This document shows positions 49,348 through 59,300 of a DNA stretch of 64,000 bases, in pieces. A program made the translations under genes and the position numbers. The stretch's first letter is position 1; every line of letters begins with the position of its first letter. The stretch spans positions 2,403 to 66,402 of the forward strand of contig CAYNMS010000002.1 of NCBI GenBank assembly GCA_964398525.1, in the 5' to 3' direction. Below the pieces are notes generated by a model. The model saw only the letters and a program-made list of their open reading frames with translations. It searched no databases and was not told the DNA's origin. This DNA is from an uncultured Pseudomonadales bacterium. GTDB lineage: Bacteria > Patescibacteriota > Microgenomatia > UBA1400 > CAYNFZ01.

Positions 49348-51162
49348 ATGAAGCAAGCTGTGCAAGATAAAAGCAAGAGACTAAAAAAGATAGCCTTGGA
49401 AGTGGTAAAAAACCGTTGGTGGCAGTTAGTGGGTGGTTTGATAATTTTGACGGGAATGATGGGAGTGATTATTTGGATGACTTGGCAGGAGCGGGTTTTG
49501 CCAGGAGTTGAGATTGCTGGATTTAAGGCTTCGGGATACACCAGAGAAGAGCTGGTGAAAACAATGGAAACTCTTGAGACTGATTATTTGAACCAAAAGC
49601 AGAAGTGGTATGAATTTAGACTACCTCAAGATTCGAGTCAAAGCAGCAAAATTGCGGTGGATGTGGAGAAAATAGGAGTGGTGTTTGATCCGATCAAAAC
49701 TACAGATAAGGCTTTGTTGGTGGGAAGGCGTGGGGGAATTAACGACAGATTGAGAGAAATCTGGTCTTCCTGGAGAAAAGGAGTGAATTTAACTCACGAA
49801 TTTAGCTATAACCAAGAAGCATTAAAAGAAATAGTAGAAATGATTGGAGAGGAAGTGGATAAGCCTGGAGCGGAAGCGGGGGTAGTCTGGGAAAACGAGG
49901 AAATTCAAGTACTCTCGGGTGAGAATGGTTGGGTGGTAGACAAAGAAGAGTTAGCTAAGCGAGTAGTGGCTGATGTGGCTAGAATAAACAACCAGGAATC
50001 AGTGATTGTACTCAAGGAGGAGGACAACAAACTTCAAGAAAGTGAAATTGAAGCAGTGAGAACAAGGGCAGAGCTGATAATGGAAAAAGGACTGACTATT
50101 AGAGTAGACGGAGAGGAGGATTTGGGTTGGAGTTTGACTGGAGAAGATTTGCTGGGACTGGTGGAGGTTAGGGGTGGTTGGTCAAAGGATAAAATTGAAG
50201 ATTATTTAGTTAGCATTGCTGAGAGTGTGAATCGACCGGCGCAAAATGCATTGTTTAAATTTGAAGAGGGTAGGGTGAGTGAGTTTGCTGCTGGTGTGGC
50301 TGGACTGAGTTTAAACGAAGAGGAAAGCAGACAACAGCTTGAAGAGTCACTTGAAAGGCTTGAGACTGAAGAAGTAGAAGTGGAAGCAGTACTGGTGGCA
50401 AACAAAAACGAACCGGAGATAAAAACTCCTGAGGTGAATGACTTGGGAATTAATGAGTTGATTGGTCGAGGAGACAGCACATACAGAGGCTCGATAGCAG
50501 GCAGGGTGCACAATGTGGCTTTGACTGCTTCGAAACTGAATGGAGTGCTGGTGCCACCTGGAGAGGTGTTTTCGTTTAATCAAACCATTGGGGAGGTGAG
50601 TGGAGCGACGGGGTATCAGGCGGCTTATGTGATAAAAAATGGCAGAACTGAGTTGGGTGATGGAGGTGGAGTGTGCCAGGACAGCACCACCTTGTTTAGG
50701 GCAATTTTGGATGCTGGATTGCCAGTACTGGAGAGAAAAGCGCATTCATACCGAGTGGGGTATTATGAACAAAACGACAAACCAGGGTTTGATGCGACAG
50801 TGTACTCACCGAGTGTTGATCTGAAATTTAAAAACGACACGCCGGGGCATATTTTAATCCAAGCCAAAGCTGATAGTGCAAATTTAAAGTTGGTGATAGA
50901 ACTTTATGGCACAAGTGATGGAAGGGTAGCTGAAGTGACTAACTATCAACAATGGGCGGCTGTGCCAGCCCCTCCCCCACTCTACCAGGATGATCCAACA
51001 CTACCTCCTGGGACTGTAAAACAAGTGGATTGGGCGGCAGCTGGACTGAAGGTAAAGTTTGATTACAAGGTAACCAGGGATGGTGAAGTGCTCCAAGAAG
51101 AGACGTTTTATAGCAATTTTAGGCCTTGGCAGGCAGTTTACCTTAAAGGACCTGAAGTTTAG
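49348..51162 (+). CDS. VanW-family protein with peptidoglycan-binding region
   Basis: N-terminal TM; RVHNV, PGEVFSFN, GGGVCQDSTTLF, DATVY..VDLKFKN. Confidence 0.9.
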   Translation: MKQAVQDKSKRLKKIALEVVKNRWWQLVGGLIILTGMMGVIIWMTWQERVLPGVEIAGFKASGYTREELVKTMETLETDYLNQKQKWYEFRLPQDSSQSSKIAVDVEKIGVVFDPIKTTDKALLVGRRGGINDRLREIWSSWRKGVNLTHEFSYNQEALKEIVEMIGEEVDKPGAEAGVVWENEEIQVLSGENGWVVDKEELAKRVVADVARINNQESVIVLKEEDNKLQESEIEAVRTRAELIMEKGLTIRVDGEEDLGWSLTGEDLLGLVEVRGGWSKDKIEDYLVSIAESVNRPAQNALFKFEEGRVSEFAAGVAGLSLNEEESRQQLEESLERLETEEVEVEAVLVANKNEPEIKTPEVNDLGINELIGRGDSTYRGSIAGRVHNVALTASKLNGVLVPPGEVFSFNQTIGEVSGATGYQAAYVIKNGRTELGDGGGVCQDSTTLFRAILDAGLPVLERKAHSYRVGYYEQNDKPGFDATVYSPSVDLKFKNDTPGHILIQAKADSANLKLVIELYGTSDGRVAEVTNYQQWAAVPAPPPLYQDDPTLPPGTVKQVDWAAAGLKVKFDYKVTRDGEVLQEETFYSNFRPWQAVYLKGPEV

Positions 51163-51206
51163 GTGAAGCCAAAGTGAGGCTCTTTGTCGTCTGGTAGAAT
51201 TTGAGA

Positions 51207-52280
51207 GTGAAAATACTAGCAATTGAAACCAGTTGTGATGAGACGGCCGCTGCGGTGGTAGAGAACACGGAAACTGGAGGAGTTAAAGTCTGGGGAGAGA
51301 TGGTGGCCTCATCGGAGGAAATGCATGTTAAAACAGGTGGGGTGGTGCCTGAGGTGGCGGCCAGAGCGCAGATGGAATCGGTGGTACCGGTGGTGAAGGA
51401 AGCGATAAAAATAGCCATGAGGGTGAAAGAGGCTTCGTTAGTTAAAGTGAATGAGTGGGTAAAAACAGAGATTGAGGTGATGGCGGTAACGGTGGGGCCA
51501 GGACTGATTGGTTCTTTGTTGGTGGGAGTGGAGACGGCGAAAGCAATGGCGCTTGCCTGGGACAAACCGTTGGTGCCAGTTAACCATTTGGTGGGACACT
51601 TGTATGCGGCTTGGGTGGAGACAGATAAGCGAGAAGTGCCGGAATTGCCAGCACTGGGGCTGGTAGTAAGTGGAGGACATACGGACTTAGTGATAATGAA
51701 TAACCATCAAGACTGGGAGTATTTGGGTGGAACCAGGGATGATGCGGCGGGTGAGTGTTTGGATAAGTGTGCCCGGATACTAGGCCTCCCCTACCCCGGA
51801 GGGCCTAATGTGGCGAACTTGGCAAGTGAATACAAGGGAGTGGAACAATTGAGATTGCTGCCAAGGCCTTTGTGGGATAGTCAAGAGCTGGATTATTCAT
51901 TCTCCGGACTTAAGGTGGCAGTAGGGCGAGAAGTGGATAAGATTAAAAAAGAAAAAGGCAGGGTGAAACAAGAGGACAAAGCTAGATTGGCGGCTGAATT
52001 GGAGGAGGCAGTAACCGAGAGTTTGATAAAAAAGGTAAAAATTGCCCTCGAGAATCACCAGCTAAAAAGTTTGATTGTGGTGGGTGGGGTGGCGGCTAAT
52101 TTGAGATTGAGAAATAGATTAAATGAGTTGGTTGACGGAAAAGCTGTTAAATTATTTTTGCCTGAGTTAAAATATTGCACAGACAATGCAGTGATGGTGG
52201 GGGCGGCGGCCTTGTTTCACTACTCCCCCGTCTCAATTGATCAAGTAAAAGCTGATCCGTCGTTGTCGCTAGAAAGTTGA
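51207..52280 (+). CDS. tsaD: tRNA t6A threonylcarbamoyltransferase TsaD
   Basis: ILAIETSCDET, GGVVPE, HLVGH, VSGGHT, DDAAGE, CTDNA; GTG start. Confidence 0.96.
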   Translation: MKILAIETSCDETAAAVVENTETGGVKVWGEMVASSEEMHVKTGGVVPEVAARAQMESVVPVVKEAIKIAMRVKEASLVKVNEWVKTEIEVMAVTVGPGLIGSLLVGVETAKAMALAWDKPLVPVNHLVGHLYAAWVETDKREVPELPALGLVVSGGHTDLVIMNNHQDWEYLGGTRDDAAGECLDKCARILGLPYPGGPNVANLASEYKGVEQLRLLPRPLWDSQELDYSFSGLKVAVGREVDKIKKEKGRVKQEDKARLAAELEEAVTESLIKKVKIALENHQLKSLIVVGGVAANLRLRNRLNELVDGKAVKLFLPELKYCTDNAVMVGAAALFHYSPVSIDQVKADPSLSLES

Positions 52281-52286
52281 GGAAAT

Positions 52287-52703
52287 ATGGCAATAGGAAT
52301 TGAGACAGAGCATGTTACTCCCCCAACAACAAACCATAATGAAGGTCGATTGCACAAGGCTTTTTACAGAGTAAGAAAGTTTCTAGGGTTAGAACAACAA
52401 CAAAACAAAGAGGGTGAAAGTGGTGTGTCCTCGGATAAAAGTGAAGTTGACCTGTTTGAGAATGATAAGGATGGTGTTGTGGGTGTGGCGGGATACACAC
52501 AAAATGAAGTTCGACAGATTCGAGAGTGGGCAGCTCAGGCTAGAGAACGCAATGCTGGTGTATACACACCCGAACCTAGGGTGAGCCCACAAAGACCTGG
52601 AAGATCAAGAACTGATGAGGATAAGGGTGGTTCAGTCAAAGTAGACCGGAAACAAACAAACGATTGGATCACAAGGCAAACTAGACAGGGAGGTCGTGGC
52701 TGA
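52287..52703 (+). CDS. Hypothetical hydrophilic protein
   Basis: 138-aa ORF directly after tsaD with GAGG SD; no recognised motif. Confidence 0.55.
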   Translation: MAIGIETEHVTPPTTNHNEGRLHKAFYRVRKFLGLEQQQNKEGESGVSSDKSEVDLFENDKDGVVGVAGYTQNEVRQIREWAAQARERNAGVYTPEPRVSPQRPGRSRTDEDKGGSVKVDRKQTNDWITRQTRQGGRG

Positions 52704-52706
52704 GTT

Positions 52707-52907
52707 TGGTATAATTGGTCAAAACCAGGCTGGGAATGATGTCGCCCGGCCGTCCCGCAAGGGAGAGTGGAAGAAGAAAAGGGAAACCTGATTAGAACTT
52801 CCCGGGTAAGCCCGTAACAGCAGGAATAAGTCTGAGGTTGGTGGTTGCCAACCAAAGATCAAAGGTGGTACCTTCTCGTTAGAGAACCTTGAAGGCCATC
52901 TTTTTTT
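52707..52907 (+). ncRNA. T-box riboswitch leader (Val) with promoter and terminator
   Basis: TGGTATAAT -10; antiterminator AAGG-TGGTACC-TTCTC-GTTA-GAGAA-CCTT (52862-52890); stem II GGAAG..AGAA.CTTCC; CGGGT-AA-GCCCG-TAAC; T7 tract; upstream of valS. Confidence 0.85.
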
Positions 52908-52924
52908 GTAATTAGAGGAGGATT

Positions 52925-53296
52925 ATGTCAAAAATTGAGACCTATTTTGCTTCGGGTGACACTGGTAATGATAAAAATGGGAGAGTAATAAATGGAGACA
53001 CGATCCTAAATGAAAGCAGCCAAGACCAATTTGCAGCCGAGGAAGATTTTGCATCCTTATTAGAAGAAGGATTAGTTGATGGCCCACAGATTAGACCCAC
53101 AAGTCGTAGGGGTAAAAAAGAATCCTATCAGGTTTTACATGGTAGCCCAATAGTTCATCGCGATACTGATAACGAAAACAGTCGAATAGCTAAAGAGAGA
53201 GGGTCACGTGGTCGATCATTTGCTGAAGATGGTCTACCAAAATCAAAAAAGTGGCGAAGAAAAGCAAAACTCCCAAGAAGGAATGTGTATGAATAA
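52925..53296 (+). CDS. Hypothetical protein between the T-box and valS
   Basis: 123-aa ORF, strong SD GAGGAGG, stop overlaps valS start (ATGAATAA). Confidence 0.6.
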   Translation: MSKIETYFASGDTGNDKNGRVINGDTILNESSQDQFAAEEDFASLLEEGLVDGPQIRPTSRRGKKESYQVLHGSPIVHRDTDNENSRIAKERGSRGRSFAEDGLPKSKKWRRKAKLPRRNVYE

Positions 53297-55556
53297 ACAA
53301 TACAACCCACAAGAGCACGAAGGGAAAATTTACAAACAATGGGAAGAGAGTGGAGCTTTCTCCCCTACCGACAACCCCAAGGCTAAGCCTTTTTGCATCA
53401 TCATGCCGCCGCCGAATGCTAACGACCCCTTGCATGTAGGACATGCGATGTTTGTGACTCTTGAAGATATCTTGATTCGCTATCACCGAATGAAGGGAAA
53501 AGCGGCTTTGTGGTTGCCTGGCACAGACCATGCAGGGATTGAGACTCAGTTTGTGTTTGAGAAGAAACTAAAAGAGAAAGGCCAGAGCCGGTTTGATTTT
53601 GAGAGGGAAAAACTGTTTGAGATGATTTCTGAGTATGTAAAAGCTAACAGTGGTGTGGCGGTGGAGCAAATGAAGAAATTGGGGGCGAGCGCTGATTGGG
53701 GGAGGTATAAGTTTACGCTAGATGAGGATATTGTCGCCGATGTGATAGAAACGTTTGAAGAACTACATAAGGATGGAATGGTCTACAGAGACATGAGACT
53801 AGTGAATTACTGCACTAAGTGTGGGACGGCATATAGCGAACTGGAAGTGGAGCATGTGGAGAGAAAAGACCCGTTGTATTATATTGCCTACGGGCCGTTT
53901 ACTTTGGCCACAGTCAGGCCAGAGACTAAGTTTGGCGACACGGCAGTGGCGGTTAATCCAGACGACACCAGATATCAGGAATATGTGGGGCAGGAAATTG
54001 AGGTTGAAGGGCTACTGGGAAAGTTTAAGATGAAAGTGGTTGCTGATGAGTATGTAGATCGGGAGTTTGGAACGGGAGTAGTAAAGATTACTCCGGCTCA
54101 TGATCCCAATGATTACGAGGTGTGGCAAAGACATAAAGACGAAATACCCGGCCTTAAACAAGTGATTGGATTTGACGGCAAAATGAATGAATTGGCGGGA
54201 AATTATGAGGGGTTGAGTGTAGAACAGGCGCGAGTGAAAGTGGTAGCTGACCTCGAGTCTAAAGGTTTGTTAACAAAGGTTGACAAGGCTTACAAGCACA
54301 ATGTGGGGGTGTGTTACCGGTGTGGAAAGGTGTTGGAGCCGCTACCGATGCCTCAGTTTTTTGTCAAAACTGGCGAAATGACCAGGAGAGGATTGAAGGC
54401 TATGGACGAGGGAGAAGTTAAAGTATTTGGGGCGGGACACGACAAAATATTAAAACATTGGCTGACAAACCTCAAAGAATGGAATGTGTCAAGACAGATT
54501 GTGTGGGGTATTAGAATGCCGGTATGGTACGAGGTAAGTGAAGGTGATTTAAAGCCAGGAGAAGAACTGGAAGTGGTGTTTTTGGATAGCAAAGGGGAAA
54601 GCCAGTCTGGGGAAATAAGAGAGATGCTTAAAAAATTTGAGCTCAAAGAGATTGCCAGAGGGCTCCAGAGTTTGAGGGCTGGGGTGGGGGCAAAATATGT
54701 GGTCTCCCCTACCGCGCCCGGAGAAGGCTATATTCAAGAGACAGATACGTTTGATACCTGGTTTTCGTCGGCACAATGGCCTTTTGTGACGCTTAAAAAC
54801 GCTAAAGAGGGTGATTTTGAGAGGTTTTACCCCACCCAAGTAATGGAGACGGCTTATGATATTTTGATGTTTTGGGTGATGAGAATGCTCATGGTGGGAA
54901 TTTATAAAACGGGAAAAGTGCCGTTTGAGAAAGTGTACTTGCATGGTTTGATTCGAGACGAGAAAGGCAAGAAAATGAGTAAGAGTAAGGGGAATGTGAT
55001 TAACCCGCTAGATGTAGTGAGTGAATACGGAGCAGATGCGCTACGAATGGCATTGGTGATTAGATCGAGTCCTGGGTTGGATAAGAATGTGGGGGAAAGG
55101 GATTTTCGAGGCATGCGAAATTTGACGAACAAGATCTGGAACGCGTCAAGGTTTGTGATCATGAGCATGGAAGACAAAGACGTGACCGGCTCGAGTGGAG
55201 AGGGAGATGGAGAATTTAGAGAGAAACTGGATGAGATCGTGGCTTCGGTTGGCCAACAATTGGAAGACTTACGCCTAGGATTGGCGGCGGAGACGGTTTA
55301 CAACGAGTTTTGGCATTGGTTTTGTGATGAGGGAATCGAAAAGGCTAAAAAGGGTGAGGTTTCATACAAAGCACTGCTTGAAGGATTGGTGGTGTTTTTG
55401 AAACTAATGCATCCGTTTGTGCCGTTTGTGACGGAGGCAGTGTATCAAGAGTTGAAAAACAACAGAAAAGTAAAAGATGTTGGTGGAGAATGGTTGAAAT
55501 CAGAAATGTTGATTTCAGCTTTGTGGCCTGAAAGCAAAACAAAATACTCAAGTTGA
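53289..55556 (+). CDS. valS: Valine--tRNA ligase (lacks C-terminal coiled coil)
   Basis: PPPNAN..LHVGHA, GTDHAGI, GVVKITPAHD, DTWFSS, KMSKSKGN; start at MNKQY. Confidence 0.97.
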   Translation: MNKQYNPQEHEGKIYKQWEESGAFSPTDNPKAKPFCIIMPPPNANDPLHVGHAMFVTLEDILIRYHRMKGKAALWLPGTDHAGIETQFVFEKKLKEKGQSRFDFEREKLFEMISEYVKANSGVAVEQMKKLGASADWGRYKFTLDEDIVADVIETFEELHKDGMVYRDMRLVNYCTKCGTAYSELEVEHVERKDPLYYIAYGPFTLATVRPETKFGDTAVAVNPDDTRYQEYVGQEIEVEGLLGKFKMKVVADEYVDREFGTGVVKITPAHDPNDYEVWQRHKDEIPGLKQVIGFDGKMNELAGNYEGLSVEQARVKVVADLESKGLLTKVDKAYKHNVGVCYRCGKVLEPLPMPQFFVKTGEMTRRGLKAMDEGEVKVFGAGHDKILKHWLTNLKEWNVSRQIVWGIRMPVWYEVSEGDLKPGEELEVVFLDSKGESQSGEIREMLKKFELKEIARGLQSLRAGVGAKYVVSPTAPGEGYIQETDTFDTWFSSAQWPFVTLKNAKEGDFERFYPTQVMETAYDILMFWVMRMLMVGIYKTGKVPFEKVYLHGLIRDEKGKKMSKSKGNVINPLDVVSEYGADALRMALVIRSSPGLDKNVGERDFRGMRNLTNKIWNASRFVIMSMEDKDVTGSSGEGDGEFREKLDEIVASVGQQLEDLRLGLAAETVYNEFWHWFCDEGIEKAKKGEVSYKALLEGLVVFLKLMHPFVPFVTEAVYQELKNNRKVKDVGGEWLKSEMLISALWPESKTKYSS

Positions 55557-55567
55557 ATGGTTGAAAC

Positions 55568-55592
55568 AAAAAGGCGCCGGATGTCCGGCGCC
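55568..55592 (-). terminator. Intrinsic terminator of rplY
   Basis: ggcgccgga-tg-tccggcgcc with T5 tract on the minus strand. Confidence 0.75.
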
Positions 55593-55618
55593 AGGAATAA
55601 CGAATTTTAGTGACTCCC

Positions 55619-56287
55619 CTACTCGGCATTTTTGTCAGAAGCCTGAGCAGAATCTTCAGCTTCTGGGGTTTCTGGGGCTGTGGCTGCTTCTTCGCCCTCA
55701 GTTTCAACTGGTTCTGGTTCTTCTTCCTCGGCCTGCTGCTCTTGAATAAGAACAATGGGGGTTTCGGGGTCGGTTTGAATTTCAACCTTAGTGCCGATTT
55801 TGAGGTCAGCGACAGTTATGGTGTCGCCGATGTTTGCTAGACCGGAAATGTCTACCTGAATAGATTCCGGTAGATCGGTAGGTAGGGCCTCGACTTCAAT
55901 TTCATCTAAAGGAGTAACCAGGACTCCATCTTTTTCTTTAATAGCGGGAGATTCACCAATGATTTCGATGGGAATATTGGCTGTGACTTTTTCTTTCAAA
56001 TTTACTTGGCGAAAATCAACATGAAGCGGCTTACCACTGACCGGGTCGTGATGGATTTGGCCAATAAGGACGGGGTGGTTTTTGGTGTCGACAACCAAAT
56101 CTACTAAACCAGTTTCTCCCTCTTGTTGGTAAACTTTTGTAAACGAAACAGTGTCAACCTGAAGAGCCTGAGATTTAATCTTGTTGCCAAAAAGGTTGGA
56201 GGGCAAAATGCCTTGTCGACGAAGGCGGTTGATCTTGCGACCAAAAAGTTCGCGCTTTTGAGCCTTAAGCTGGGTTCTTTGTGCCAT
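55619..56287 (-). CDS. rplY: 50S ribosomal protein L25/Ctc
   Basis: LRRQGILPSNLFG, HVDF, ALPTDLPE.I.VDIS.L; start at MAQRT. Confidence 0.94.
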   Translation of the reverse strand: MAQRTQLKAQKRELFGRKINRLRRQGILPSNLFGNKIKSQALQVDTVSFTKVYQQEGETGLVDLVVDTKNHPVLIGQIHHDPVSGKPLHVDFRQVNLKEKVTANIPIEIIGESPAIKEKDGVLVTPLDEIEVEALPTDLPESIQVDISGLANIGDTITVADLKIGTKVEIQTDPETPIVLIQEQQAEEEEPEPVETEGEEAATAPETPEAEDSAQASDKNAE

Positions 56288-56352
56288 GAAAGTAGATGTG
56301 TGATTGATGATTGGGTGGAAAGGAAAAACGACTTTCCAGAGGTGAAATTTTA

Positions 56353-59300
56353 TCACTGGCGAGGACTAAACTCAAACTGGAAGCTTTGATCTGAGGAAAT
56401 TGTTTGAGAATATTTTATTAAGTCCTGAGTTGAAAACTGGATTGGTAGAGAAGTTGGATAATAGTTTGGAGGTGGAATAATTTGAAGATTGAAAATGTAA
56501 GGGGCAACACCTGGTTGATAATCGTAGAAATAGTTTAAGTTAAAATTGGTTTTTAAAAGAGATAAGGGTAGATGATAATCAACAACAAGAGTTGAAGTGG
56601 TTGAAGGTGAGACATCTAAGAGAAGACCTAAAACTAAGAAATTGTGTTGAATGCTGGTGTCGTATTGGTCTATTTTTAGAAGGGTCTCACCAACTTTTAC
56701 AGTATTAATTTGAGCAGATTGAGGCAAGTAAAGCCTGAGGTAATTTTTATAACTGCCTAAAGGCCAATTTGCCGAATCGGCGGAGTTGGTGAAATTAATT
56801 TGAAGAGTCTCCCCCACTTGGTTGGGTTGGGAAAAATCCAGGAGATGGCTGACCTGGCGATTAATGAAGGGGTTGATTTTGTTAACACCCACATTGGCTT
56901 CGACGAGCGAAAAATGAGTAGAGTGACAAGGCTCAGACAAACAGTGGTTGGGTGTAAGTGGGTTGGTGAAGTGGGTTTGATTCAGTGACTGATTGCTTTC
57001 TGGTTTTAAGGGGTAAAGGGTGAGGGGTTGTTGGGGAAGGGTTTGCAGAAGAGCTTGGGAGAGAAGGGAATAATTGGTCTGGGGTGATGACAGGTTGGAG
57101 AATAGTTGTTGAAAAAGAAGGGTAAGAAAATCTGATTGTGCCTGGTCGGCTGAATCGACCAGGTGGTTTCTTTGGAGGGAAAGGTAATTTTGTGAATTAA
57201 CCGGCTGAGAAATTGAAGGGGGGGTAAGAGGTCCAGTGATGTCGAGCAGAGGAGTAAATAGGTTGGAGTTTAGAAGGAGAATATAATCGACATTAAAGTT
57301 GGTTTGCTTTTGATAAAACCAAGCAATTCGTTTGGCAGTGGTGGCAGTATCCGGATCCCAGTTTACATCTCTTAAAAACCAACTTGATTCACCCAAAAAT
57401 TGTTTGACTGCCAGTGGGGGTTCGACGTGTCCCAAAAGTTTGTTGTCCAGAGAAGAGACGTCTCCGATCTCGACCGAGATGAGTTTGCCTTGATTGAGAG
57501 TAAGATCGGCGTAGGTGGTAATAAAGCCGCCAGTGGGACGAAGCTCGGAAGTGTCTTGGACTAGAACAAGTATTCGCTGAGGTGTAGAGGAGGAGAAAAT
57601 CGGGCCGAATTGTGTAAAAAGCTGGTGTTGGGAAAATAGGGCGGACTTGACATGGGTGAGTTTGGACGAGGCTTGGTCGAGGTTCAAACTCGACAAAAAT
57701 GATGACTCCCCTACTTCTAAGAATTGTTTTTGGTGAGCTTCGAGTTGGGAGATGGAACGAAAGGCTTTGAGTGAGTCTGTGGTGGCTTTGGTTAAATAAC
57801 TGCTTTCAAGGTTTGTGTTTGGATCAAAGAGGGCTTGGAGTAAAGATCCGGTTGAGATTTGAGCCTGTGCCAAGTCGTTTAAACTACTGGAAAATGAATG
57901 GGTGTAATTTAGTTGAGTTTGAAATGAGTGGGCAGTTTGTTGACCAAACACCATGGATACGGGTGATTGAATGACGTTGAAGGCTAACCTAAGTGTATTT
58001 AAAGTTGGATTAAGAAACGAAGTGTGGCTGAGGATTTCTTGTGGTGGAGAAAATATTAGTTCGGGAAGAACACGAAGTTTTTGAGTAAAAATAAAAAGTG
58101 CAGTTAACACAATTAAAACTAAGGCAGATAGTGTCCCCAAAAACGCCACGACTCGACGACGGGGGTTTTTGGGTTTGATCGAAGGAAAATTAAAGCGCCG
58201 AGATTTTTTGGGGTTGGAGGTTACGCCAAGGGATTGGAGGGTGAATTGTTTGTGATCTTGGTTGGTGAAGGAAGTGAGAGGGGGGGTGGGTGGTTTAAGG
58301 TTAGAGGGTGTTTCAGGGTTTGGTTGGAGACTAATTTTTTGATTGTTGGGGGGTGAGGTGAAAATGAGATGGTTTGGGTCTGTTTTTTTGAGGGTGACAG
58401 GTTGGGTGACAATTGGATTCGGGGGTGGGGTGGGTGATGATGGTTGTTTCTTTGAATGGTTGGTGGAAATGGACTCTGATTTGTGCCGAGTTTCCTGTGA
58501 AAATCCCAACTGAGGATGGGCTTTGTACCAAGAAACGGTTTCAGATAAGTGGGTAGAAATGTCAGTGGGAGGAAGCCACGACAATTGCTGCCAGGTAGCT
58601 TGAATTTGCTGCCATAATTCTGGATGATCTTGATAATTAAATTTTGAAGCAGAAAGTGAAGGAGAGGGGGGAGAAACTTCAGTTATTTGTTGGAGCTTTG
58701 AGACAAGATCACGTACCAATAGAGGTTGACCACCAAGTTGAAAAATTTTGCCAACAGAATCTGAACTAAGCAGGCTTTTGACAATGGCTTGGGTGGCGGA
58801 GGCTAAATGAAGTGGGTAGATAGTGGTATCTAAAGAAGGATAATCTAAAAGGTCTGGTGCCAGAGTGGATAGAAAAATTGGAGTGAGAGGATTATTGGTC
58901 TGTGAGACTACAGCTCGCCCAAAAAGATGGTTGGTGACAATGAAGCGGAGATTTTGTTGATGATTGACGAGCCGAGAAGAGATAAATGTTTGAAGACGAT
59001 CGAAGTCAGATTCTTGATCTGAATCAGGTAGGGGAGGGGGGGAAATAATGGCAAGTTTGGCGGAAATGGGGAAAAGACCAAAAAAGCGATCGAGTGATTC
59101 AAAATCGGGATGTTGAGGAGAAAAAACAAAAAAACCATAGTGGGGTGTTTGGGTGGTGTCGGTGATGGAGGTAAGGTGGGTGGTTTCTGGCAAATCTATG
59201 ATTTGATCAAAAATGTGGGTGTCTAAAAAATCCGATTTGGGTCCGACAAGAGTAACACCAAGCCCTCGAGACAACAGATCACGGGCAAGGAATAATCCAA

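Noticed and set aside
49348-51162. VanW as evidence of vancomycin resistance
   Set aside because: No vanHAX or vanRS genes; VanW-family proteins are widespread envelope proteins.
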